A stretch of 64,000 nucleotides of DNA, taken from the NCBI GenBank assembly GCA_053919585.1, contig CM132810.1. One strand, written 5' to 3'. This document shows positions 53,340 through 64,000 of the stretch, piece by piece; position 1 is the stretch's first letter, and every line of letters begins with the position of its first letter. The DNA is from Euprymna scolopes. Taxonomy: Eukaryota. The notes beneath the pieces were generated by a model. It ran no database searches, had not been told where the DNA came from, and was given only the letters and a program-made list of their open reading frames with translations. Made by a program: the position numbers and the translations under genes.

Positions 53340-54420
53340 ACAAATGGGGCACCACTTATCAAGGTCAAAAGTTATTTGAGGATAAGGATTAATGACATTC
53401 TAAGTTGGATAAGATTTAAAACAATGGATGAGATGGACACAAATTAATTATTTAAAAAGAGGTCTCAATAAACATTTGTTCACATTAGACTTGAAAACAA
53501 TCATGTTGAATCTGCAGGAAGCATTCCCGTGGTAACGTTTCTTACATATAGGAAATTTAGAGAAAAATTTTCTGTTCATGGAAACTCCGTTTGATTTTAT
53601 GTAGACAAAAAAAAAAAAAAGAAAAAGAAAATTCTTTGCAAGGGTAGTAGGTAAATGAGTTCTTACCGTTAATGTTTAGCAGGAGGAAGGGACCAGAGCT
53701 CAGTTGAGTACGTAGCATGGAAATATCGATAGAGTACAGAAAGACTAGCAACAGAAGTTTTTGGATGGAAACTATGTTCATCTCAGTTTAAACTGATGTT
53801 AGGTACACGGAAGGGATAAATAAACGTTCAGTGCTGGTAGAAAGACGAATTTTTGCTGTGAACGTTTTAGAAGGATGAAACAGAGCTCAGTTGAGCATCT
53901 TTTATAGAAATAACAATAGGGTACAAAAAGATTAGTAGTGACGTCTTTTCTGTGATAAATGTGAGAAAAGAGATGTAGAAAAGAGATATTCACTTGCTAG
54001 AGTCCGAGAATGATTTTGTACTCTGTAAAGGCAAGATTGAGTGCTCTGAGCGACATCTCCCATGCTGTGACAGCAGTAATTTATCTTAGAACGTATCTGG
54101 CCTTTAATACAAGTAGAGGATTTCATTTGGAGACAGGTACTTTCTGGAGCAATAGAATGACTCAAACATTTTTTCTATGCATCTTTGCAATAGAGTTTAG
54201 GTAAAGCTTCCATTTCTAGTTTGTGGTGAAATTCAGTCCTAGGGACATCAAAGCAATGGGCTTGCTTAAGTTTTTACTCATGTACAATGTACTAAATGAA
54301 CTAGTCATAAAAAGACAGGCAATTGAGTTACTAAAGGCTGTGAGTGAAAGAAAGAAAGACAATGAGGGGTGGGAGATTACTTTTAAAATAACAGTAAGGA
54401 AACCAGTTGGTTAGTGATAG
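53340..54420 (-). mobile_element. Degenerate CR1 3' fragment
   Basis: Reads LGLNFTT, SIAK, KYLSPNEILYLY, QIRSKINYCCH and RVQ. The 3' motif gaccttgataagtggtg is at about 53350-53366. Confidence 0.7.
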
Positions 54421-54789
54421 GTTTGCCCTGTGGGTTACGATGTACAAGATCAGTCTTCCGCTGAGTAATTCTAATAGAAAATATTTAAGAAACTATTTAA
54501 CAATGTACTGGCACCACTAACCCCAAATAGGTTGCCCACAAATCTTAAAACTCAAACCATTAGCTCGGTAACCCTCTTATCCACACTTTCCAAAATAGTA
54601 AATAATTTATAAGTTGAATAGAGTTTTAGCTCTGAAAGAGTCGCTTAGACTGAAACCTCGACTTCTAGATATAAGCAATATAATGTGATAAATATTACTT
54701 GGACTCTGATCTATAAAAAAAAAAAAAACGGTTAGTGGGTGCTATACTGACTTTGAACGCGGTTGTACAGCTCAAGTCGCCTGAATTCG

Positions 54790-55670
54790 GGAATTGTCCC
54801 GAAAAACGTAAAAAAGTCCGCAAACTCGCTTTGGCCGATTGTAAATAGAAGATGCGTTGATTAGCAGAGGTGATGAACATACAAAAAATAGCGAATATAC
54901 TTTTTTGCATGAATATTTGTCTATGAAAGATCTTTGTTCACAATGAGTACGAGGTTTGCTAACAGTCGTTCAAAAATAAAAATAAAAATGCGTCGTCAAT
55001 TCAGAGTATTGTTTGCAATTGATTCAACGCAAACAAAATACCTTTTTGCAGTAATATGTGACAATGGATGAAACATGGATCCGCAAAGTTAAGTTGGCAG
55101 TCAGCTGAGTGAACAGAATTAGGTAAAACTCGCCCAAGGCTCAACAGGCAATGTTGTAGCCTCTGTGTTTTGGGATGTACAAGCCATTTTGTTCATTGAT
55201 TATCTTGGAAAGGGTAGAGCGATCAATTATTAGAGCGATTACTATTTATGTATTTGAAAGAAAAATTCGCCTCCAAACGATGCCAAATAAAGAACAAAAG
55301 GTTATCTTTAACAAAGATAATGCATCATGTCACAAGTTGATCACAACGATGGAAAAACTACATGATTTCTACTTCGAATTGCTTCCGTATCTACCCTTTT
55401 CTCAAGGTCTTGCCTCTAGAGATTACTGCCTGTTTGTAGACGTCAAAAGCAAGCATCATGCAAAAAAGATTAGGTTCTAATAAACAAATGATATCATAAA
55501 TCAAGGTGTATTTTGAGACAAAAGACAAAGTATTTTACAAAATAAACGTCAAATAGTTAGAGAAGCATTGAAATCCGTGTATCAGGAGACTATGTTGATG
55601 TAAAAAGTCGAATTTTGCCTAAAAGTTACGATTTTATTAGTTAGGTCTGTGACGTATTGGGTGATATGTC
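54790..55670 (+). mobile_element. Degenerate mariner
   Basis: Reads *VRGLLT (WVPRLLT), VTMDETWI, FNKDNASCH and PFSQGLASRDY (PYSPDLAPSDY). Confidence 0.8.
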
Positions 55671-58017
55671 AAGTATTTACTTTTTGTGTCCTTTTCTGAA
55701 AAATTCAAGATAATTTCTCTTCTAATATAAGTTAATATATGCATATTTATGCATTATAAATATTTTTCCAAGGGAACTTACAGCATGCAGACGGAAACTT
55801 AACGATAAATTAGTACAGTTTCTTTTTAAAAGAGTGTCATACAGTGGTTGTGTTAGCATCTTTATTAGCTTCCGATTTTTGGGAAGCAGACGATACGGGT
55901 CTAAAGGACGAAATGGGACTTTTTAAAACTTTTTTTTTAACTTCCTCGATGTAAACATATATTTTATTTTGTCGGAAAAATATACCCGAAAATACGTCTT
56001 CCCCTCAGTTTTGTGATATATTTCTAAAATAATTGAATATATTTTGACTATTATTTGCATTGATAATAGTTTGCTGCTAACATACGTACGCACACACATA
56101 TATTTACATACGACTACTAAGATCTACTTAAGTATTAAACACTGTTAAAGAAAATATATACACGATATATAATATCACCTTATAAAATTATATGTATTTA
56201 TATGAAACAGTAATATGCTGATGAAGAAAATCTTCTACATTTTAGAAACTTTACTTAATATAATTTGGCTCGATCCAAATTTTTGCAGGTACAAATATAC
56301 ATCTTTCTATTCTTGTACTTGGTTTGGAAATTATTGATAACTCTTACCTTTGTAAATCTAAAAGTAAAATTGAATCAATATTTTAACAAGTGTTGCGTAG
56401 CAGGGACAATACATTCATATAACGGGAACGACAACGAGACAATTATAATGATTACACATTGTTCATATTTATAACACATAGAGGATAAGAATTCATTATT
56501 GAAGGAGGGGATCCTGTTAACATTATGGAAGGGTGTTTCATACAAGTTCTTTACAAATACGATAAACAAAACCACATTACCTGTCATGGTTGAAAGATGA
56601 CAAACGAAGACTTATAAATATGACGATCTATATTCTATCCGGATGAGATGATTAGGGATTCAATGCCTTGCTGATTTCTACGTTGTCTTTCTTCCCTTTC
56701 TTTCGATTCCGAAAGGAGCTTAACTAACTCTCCTCCTCCACGACTCGACCCTGACTGATCTGTATCTACTACTCTCTCTTATCTGACTGATCTCTGACTG
56801 ACTTAAAACCCTCACGTGGATTTACATATCATATGTCCAACACGTTTTTGGCAAAACAAAGACATTCCTTAATTTCCATTGTTCGATATCTAACCTACTA
56901 GTTGTATCGTTATTTATTTCTAAACGCAATGGTCAATTCACTAAATTCCTGAGATTGCATCATGTATTAACTTTTAACTTTTAAATACTGGGTTCAATTC
57001 TAGCTTTTTTCTTATGATAAATATTATTTGAATCCTATTTACGCCTCTCTACTGAGGTCTGTCACCTTCCATAAATATAACACAAGCTGTTGTCTGTTTT
57101 GATAACTTTTTTCATTTGTAATATTTATAGTGACAGGTATGTAATCTCCAAATCTGTGGTGTTTTAAATACACTTGGTCATTCATAATTACAGCATGGGC
57201 TTCAGCAAATTTATACTTATTGAGAAAAATATGACTCGACTAAGTAGTAAGATATCCTGGTTTTTGAGAACTAAACTGATATACATAAATTTATATCATG
57301 CTCCTCATTTTATAAAGAGTATAAATGACAAATATGATATATATGTATCGATACACATAATTTCTGGCATCAAAAGCTCATGTCTTTTCATTGAATAGAG
57401 GAGGCATATGTTTCCTTGATAATTATAAAGTCACTGGAATTAATTTAAAGAAAAGCATCGATGAAATGTCAGAATTTTTCGGCCAACATGTATACCAATA
57501 CATTAAAACTGTCTAATGATCAGTTTTAAGTTAATAGCCAAAATAGACTAAATCTAAGAACCCAACATAATCTAAAAACGCCACAGTTACAAAAACACCT
57601 ACATACTTACAGAAAGACCACCCCACTATTCCTATTTTATGACAATGTTTTATAGTTCAGAACATAAAATGATCTAATAAATAATAAATAAAATAAATTA
57701 AAAATAAATTAACCCCTAATACTATAAACATCCTATATCTTTATATTTCTATCGTATATTTTTTAAACCAGTCTGGTAAAATGACAACCTTTCATCTTCA
57801 TCTCATATCAATTGTTTCCTTCGTTCCACCACTATGTGTTCAAGTTGACGGAGCATCTGCCTTAGAAAAATCAATAATCGAAACATGTCTGCATACATGT
57901 AGTCAACATTTTTGTATGAATAAAATATGGATTAAGATAAAGCTCTAATTTATAGTAAACGCTATTATAATACATAGTAAATCGATAAGATAAACTACTA
58001 CGAAGATAAATAACAAG

Positions 58018-58091
<74 letters not shown>

Positions 58092-58929
58092 CTTGTTATT
58101 TCCGTTCGTAGTAGTTTATCATATATATATTAATAGGGTAGGTTCTGAAAATTCTAAACAGCAATTATAATGCAAACTTAAACTTTGCACACATATATAC
58201 ATATTTATTTTTATTATTAAATATTATTACGTGAATAAAAAGTATACCTACGGCCGAGAGAAAATAGTAACATTCTGGTGCTTCTGTTGATGGTGAAATC
58301 TTTCATGCTGGTACAAAATAAATCTTGTTACGCTGGAGAGAACATTTTGAATCTGTCCTTAACTAATTCTGAGATAGATGAGGAGGCCATATCCTCAATT
58401 TCGTAGTGACCAGAAATGTATCACTTGTCTTATCTCCAATCTTTCATAGGAATAAAATAAAATGCAATCAAACAAATTTTTTTCCAGCAAGATCCTCATT
58501 ACTAGACGATTACAAACACTAAAGACTCTCGCATACATGAACACATATATAGACTAGTTCATAACGTTTCTCAAGTTTATACGTCAATAACATGTGTTTA
58601 ACAGGACATATAACAAACACGGATGAATACAAAGGGGCGGTTTTACATCTAGCCAATAGAGGAAACATACGTTGGCTATCTTCGTGTCTTGTTTGACAAA
58701 TCCGCAAAGCTGCAATGAAGATTCCTCTCAAGAAAACGACCAGAAGTTTCGGATTGTATTTTCAGCAACTTTTATTTCCAGAATGTTTCCTCACTTGAAA
58801 CTGTATATATAGGGAAATCAGACCCGTGGAACAAATCTGATTCTTACTGATAGCACCCAAATGATACTCTTTTTATTTTTGAAATCTCTACTATATATAT
58901 TGGGTACAATATAATATCTCTCTCCCTCT

Positions 58930-58984
<55 letters not shown>

Positions 58985-59006
58985 TTGAGATAGTTGCCTG
59001 TATAGC

Positions 59007-59048
59007 CGCACTGATGAGCTGTGAAACAGCGAAACAGTACTGTATGTG
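59007..59048 (+). ncRNA. Minimal type I hammerhead ribozyme in a ~73-bp unit between (TA)n tracts
   Basis: CGCA-CTGATGA-GCTGT gaa ACAGC-GAAA-CAGTACTG-T-A-TGTG. Stem III is the palindrome ACAGTACTGT; predicted cleavage after GUA at 59044. Confidence 0.85.
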
Positions 59049-59051
59049 CAT

Positions 59052-59131
<80 letters not shown>

Positions 59132-59207
59132 TCGAGATAATATTTTCAGATGGCAAGATATATTTTTTATTTGTTTTACATAAGCATTAATATATCGCTA
59201 CACATTC

Positions 59208-59260
59208 AGAAGCATGTTTCGGTCAGTCAGTTACAAGTAACTAGAGACCTCATCAGACGA
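59208..59260 (-). ncRNA. Degenerate hammerhead motif
   Basis: CTGATGA-GGTC..TAGTTAC tt GTAACTG..GACC-GAAA-CATGC. U16.1 is mutated and stem I is not evident. Confidence 0.45.
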
Positions 59261-59706
59261 TATTGCTTATACTAAAGTTTAGTCCATACCAACTTCTACA
59301 TGCATAAATATACATAAATATATGCATAAACATCTATACTCTCATACATCCGCGTACATATATACATAGACATACACGTACACATATATACAATGTACAT
59401 ATACAATGCCATATATTCACACTAAACGTAAACGCACATCCATATAATATACACAAATACCTATACACGTAGTTACACCTACACCTACAAACATATATCT
59501 ACATATATAGTCATATACACACCCGCATATCATATACGTATACATAAAAACATAAACATACACACATACACACACACACATATATATATAGTCCATTTAC
59601 TTACATAAATACACATACACGGATGAAACTATTTCTACACAAAACATGAATAAAGCTATGGTTTATTATAGATACTTAAGTCATTTTGTTTTTATATATG
59701 TGTGTA

Positions 59707-59889
59707 TGTTCCGTCTGCCTGCTTCCCACCGGACTACAACTTGGATGTCTTCAAGTCCAATGTTAACAAATTCCTAATGAAGTAAACACTTCATCAAATC
59801 TCCAGATTAACGTAATGTACTTGCAATAACCCTTATCCCTGAGTGGCTTCCGGGCCTTGATAAGTGGTGATCACTGTGTAAAAAAAAAA
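59707..59889 (+). mobile_element. Short CR1 3'-tail insertion
   Basis: Same 5' start (TGTTC.GTCTGCCTGCTTCCCACC) and 3' end as 44818-45010. Confidence 0.8.
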
Positions 59890-60675
59890 TGTTATATGTT
59901 TTTATGTATACATATATGATATACATATCCTCCCCCATTTGTCGGTTGGAGATTAGGGTGGTAATGACTATGAGTGCGTATAACTTGATGTAAAAGGTTA
60001 AGTATACATATTGATGTTAAAATGGGGGAGTAAGGGAACCATAGCTACTTATGAGAGTGGTAAAAATATACCAAATAATAGTAGGGTAATTATAATAGTA
60101 CGGAAGATAATAGTAATGACAATTATAATAATAGTAGTAATAATAAAGATGGACATAAATTAGACGTAAAATTAAATATGAAAAAAAAAATTTAATAATA
60201 AGAAAAATAGAATAAAATAAATAAAATAAAAATAAAGGCAAAATTAAAAGTAAACATTAAATCTCCAACCGCCCCCTTATGATCATAACTCCATATATCA
60301 TAACAGTAGAAACTTATAAATATATTGCAGCATATTACCTTTCAGTTTTACAAGCTTACATACCCCACCACCAAATTCATCAAAAATTACCCGCTCCATA
60401 GAAAATAGACACCACATAAACCGTTATAATAAATTACCACACAGCAGCAGTGCACCCCCTAGTCAACCATAACACATTTACCCCTTAATCTCAATACTAT
60501 GTTAAAGACAATTTATATTCTTATATATCATACTATATATAATAAGCTTCTCCTTATTTATTTAGAATTCATTAAAGCTTCCCCCAACACTCTATAATTC
60601 CTCTTAATCTTTTTCATCCCTAACGAACCTTACGCTAGACGCCGCATCGCCACCATGCTACCTAGAACCTTCTCC

Positions 60676-60725
60676 ACTCTTCTGATGAGAAGTGTTAGGC
60701 TTCGAAATGCCCTGGCATAAAGAGT
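60676..60725 (+). ncRNA. Type I hammerhead ribozyme with all three helices
   Basis: ACTCTT-CTGATGA-GAAG tgttagg CTTC-GAAA-TGCC ct GGCA-T-A-AAGAGT: 6-bp stem I and intact core, cleavage after AUA at 60719, about 110 bp upstream of (TA)n. Confidence 0.88.
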
Positions 60726-60831
60726 CCCTTCTATACCTCAAATTTTGCCTGTATTCCATTATTCAATAAATGATCTATTCTATATCTACCTATATATAGT
60801 TTTGTGTCTTCATTTCATTCTCTTGTTGTCC

Positions 60832-60889
<58 letters not shown>

Positions 60890-62499
60890 AATTTTCTGTC
60901 TACACACTTCAAACTTGATATATAGGGCAATCGGACCTGTGAAACAAATCCGAATTGGCTTTTTGCCGGTGAAAATTCTGATAAAGGGTCCAAATTGCAA
61001 AATATTGGAACATGTCAGGCATAAGTCGACTTATAGTGCTTCTCTACACATGCGCAAATATACATTTATATGTTGATGTCACTTTATTTTTAAAGATTTG
61101 ATATCCAGTTGTTGTTCAGACGGTAATGAATAAAGCTCGAAAGCTACATGTTTTGATTTCGATTGTAACTGATGATACCCCCGTCATATAGTTTTTATTT
61201 TTAAAATCGCTACTATATATTGTGTACAATATAATAATCTATTGAGTATTCACTCTATAATAATAAATGTGAAATCAACATTCATTAATATATCATATTT
61301 ATGCGTATTTTACGACCAAGCCACATTGGGCCACGCCAGGCCATGTCAGGCGGTCACTACTATATATTGGATATAATATAATAATCAATTGAGAATTGGC
61401 TCTATAATAATATATACGAAATACGCATAAATTAAAACACCATATTTAAACGTATTTTATGATCGGCCAACATCATCCAAACAATTTAACTCGAGCTTAA
61501 TGGTTTCCATGAAAATGCATTTAGTATGCTTATATATATACGCATACTGAAAATGTGACCGGTAATCTAACCATAAGGCTTTGATTAAATAGTTTGAATA
61601 AGGAAAAAATCTAAACCAGTTAAATATAAAAATGTAAAAGACAAAATTAAAATTAGTCTCTTTCTGCTCGCTATATCTCTTGATATTTCATTTTTTCTAT
61701 CTAAAGTTACGGGTTGAATAGTATTACTACACTGGGGGTACTATCTTTTGTTTATACTGGACTCTTCGAATCTTTTTATTCTTTCTTGTCTTTATTTATC
61801 TTACACTATTAATAAACATAGATAGATAGATTGATATATAGATAGATGGATGGATGAATGGATAAATAGATAGATACATAGATAGATGGATAGAAAATGA
61901 CATAGGGAAAAAACATCGAGAAAGTGATGGATACTGTATGGAATAAGAGAAGGGTCAAACAACATGTACTGTGAGAGACTAAAAATAATAGATAGAAACT
62001 TAATAAATAGATACTTTTGAGTTATTTGGGAAATTATGTGAATTTGTCAACATGATCATAATCATTATCATGTACTGCATATGTGTGAGTCTAAAACAAA
62101 CTTTTCATTTAAAAGAAAAAAAAGGAGGAAAAAGATCAGGAAGGAAAAGGGACAAAAACGGTCCAGCCGCTGATCACTTACTATGTATGACTTTTGGAAT
62201 GTTTCTTCATGTGTATTTTACATGTATATCTGTGTGTACGTATGTATAGGCATATGTAAGTATGTGCATATTTGTGTACCTCTACTTGATTATGGTTGCA
62301 TGTGTGTGCACATGCATGCGTATGTTGGCGTATATCTGTATGTACGCATGTGCTTATTGTCATGTGTATATGAGGTGGAGAGAGCTCCCGTAAGCCGTGG
62401 TGAAAGCAACCCCTCTAGCAGAAGCAAATTTTAGATTAAAAAAAAAACATAAAGCGGGAGACCAGTATCCGCATTAAGCTGGTCTGCAGTTTTACTTGT

Positions 62500-63172
62500 A
62501 TGTATATATGTATGTATAGGTGTATATATTTTCATGTACAGGTGTATGTATATGTGTGCATATCTATGTGTATATGTATGTATATGTGTATATGTATGTA
62601 TATATGTATGTATGTGTATGTACATACGTGTATATATTGTTTGTATGTATGTGCATATATGCATGCGTGTATGTATGTGTATATTTGCATATGTGTATGT
62701 ATATGTATGCATGTATATGTGTATGTATGCATGTGCATATTTGTGTATATATTCATGTATGTGTATGGATATGTAGGTAAGTGTATGTATGCATATATNN
62801 NNNNNNNNNNNNNNNNNNNNNNNNNNNNNNNNNNNNNNNNNNNNNNNNNNNNNNNNNNNNNNNNNNNNNNNNNNNNNNNNNNNNNNNNNNNNNNNNNNNN
62901 NNNNNNNNNNNNNNNNNNNNNNNNNNNNNNNNNNNNNNNNNNNNNNNNNNNNNNNNNNNNNNNNNNNNNNNNNNNNNNNNNNNNNNNNNNNNNNNNNNNN
63001 NNNTATATATATATGTATGCCATTGACCGTCTTGTGTAATTTTATGTATGTATATGTATGTGTATTATGTATTATATATGTATGTATGCATATATGTGTG
63101 TTATATGTATGTGTGTATGTGTATGTATGTGTATATGTATGTATGCGTGCATGTATATATATGTATGCATAC
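62500..63172. repeat. Degenerate (TG/TA) low-complexity tract around a gap
   Basis: Alternating purine-pyrimidine sequence. Similar tracts lie at 27775-27965 and 59300-59620, and many pure (TA)n and (CA)n runs occur throughout. Confidence 0.9.
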
Positions 63173-63378
63173 TAATGACCGTCTTCAGTGTCATGTCTGT
63201 TTGAGCGTTTGAATTTTGCCGGCAGGACTAAAGTCATTTTCGGCTCATGGACTTTCAGTGCCTGAGGGAGTAGCAATCATCTGACAAGACGTTGCAATCA
63301 TCATGTATGTGTGTGTTTGTGTGTGAATACTTCAAATATTTAAATGTACTTTTAGGTATGACTTTTTTGTATACAGCT

Positions 63379-63426
<48 letters not shown>

Positions 63427-64000
63427 GTAAATTTGGTTCGTTAAAAGTGAATAAAACTATATTTCTACGTTACCAATTTATTTGAAATTTTCAGACAACC
63501 CATCTTTAGAGTCGAGGGATGTTTTTATGTTATTGAAATAAATTTACCTCGCGAATTATTAAAATATTAAATAAAATAAATATATTTTTTTAACCGTTAG
63601 TGCGAATCTGTTCTGTTGATAAAACTGAACTTCCGGTTCGATTCATTTCACAGCCACGAATTGACGAAAGATTTCATTTTCTGTTTACTCGATAAGTAAA
63701 AAAAAAACAAAAAAAAACACAATTCATTTGTTTATCTTCCAAATTTTTTAATTTACACATTTTTTCTTTATTATATAAGGACAAAAAAAAGTTTGTCGCT
63801 TGCTTTTTGAGTTTTGTTTTCGATATAAGATTGGTTTGTAAAGTACAGTTTTTTTTGTCCGCGCTATTTTTTAAATCGTATTTCCAGGTTTAATTACAGT
63901 TTTATTATATGTTTTTTTATTCAATTGTAAGGTTAAAATACACCCTCCACTCCCCATGTTAAGAATGGCTTTTTAAATATTAACGTTATTATTACAACAC

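Noticed and set aside
56217-56250. Further CTGATGA-type hits (also 25585, 61150, 63185)
   Set aside because: They lack a convincing stem II, GAAA or stems I/III.
57600-57700. Candidate upstream non-coding exon of the GCNT gene (minus-strand GTAAGT donor at 57610)
   Set aside because: A donor-like hexamer alone is not enough without transcript data.

Overview
AT-rich, microsatellite-dense eukaryotic DNA with four N gaps. The repeat content looks like an invertebrate, probably a coleoid cephalopod such as Octopus; this is inference, not verified. There is one host gene, a minus-strand GT14 core-2/I-branching beta-1,6-N-acetylglucosaminyltransferase (GCNT-like). Its three coding exons (52945-52254, 43929-43703, 22385-22087) join through phase-compatible GT-AG sites into about 405 aa. 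Most of the rest is transposon-derived: CR1, RTE, R4/Dong-like and Tx1-like LINEs, Gypsy remnants, Tc1/mariner elements, Helitrons, Penelope-like (GIY-YIG) remnants and SINEs. The most striking unexplained layer is about a dozen minimal type I hammerhead ribozyme motifs from several sequence families, three with intact cores and helices. One lies in a 464-bp insertion with a TSD, terminal redundancy and a tRNA-type Pol III promoter. Another is a roughly 73-bp unit set between (TA)n tracts. Together they suggest Pol III-driven, Penelope-mobilised retrozyme-like RNAs. Other notable items are a 5S-rRNA-headed SINE with TSD, a tandem Helitron array carrying tRNA-like modules, a highly structured ~350-nt tandem dimer of unknown class, and several fold-back palindromes. 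All calls come from reading the sequence by eye; no searches were run.
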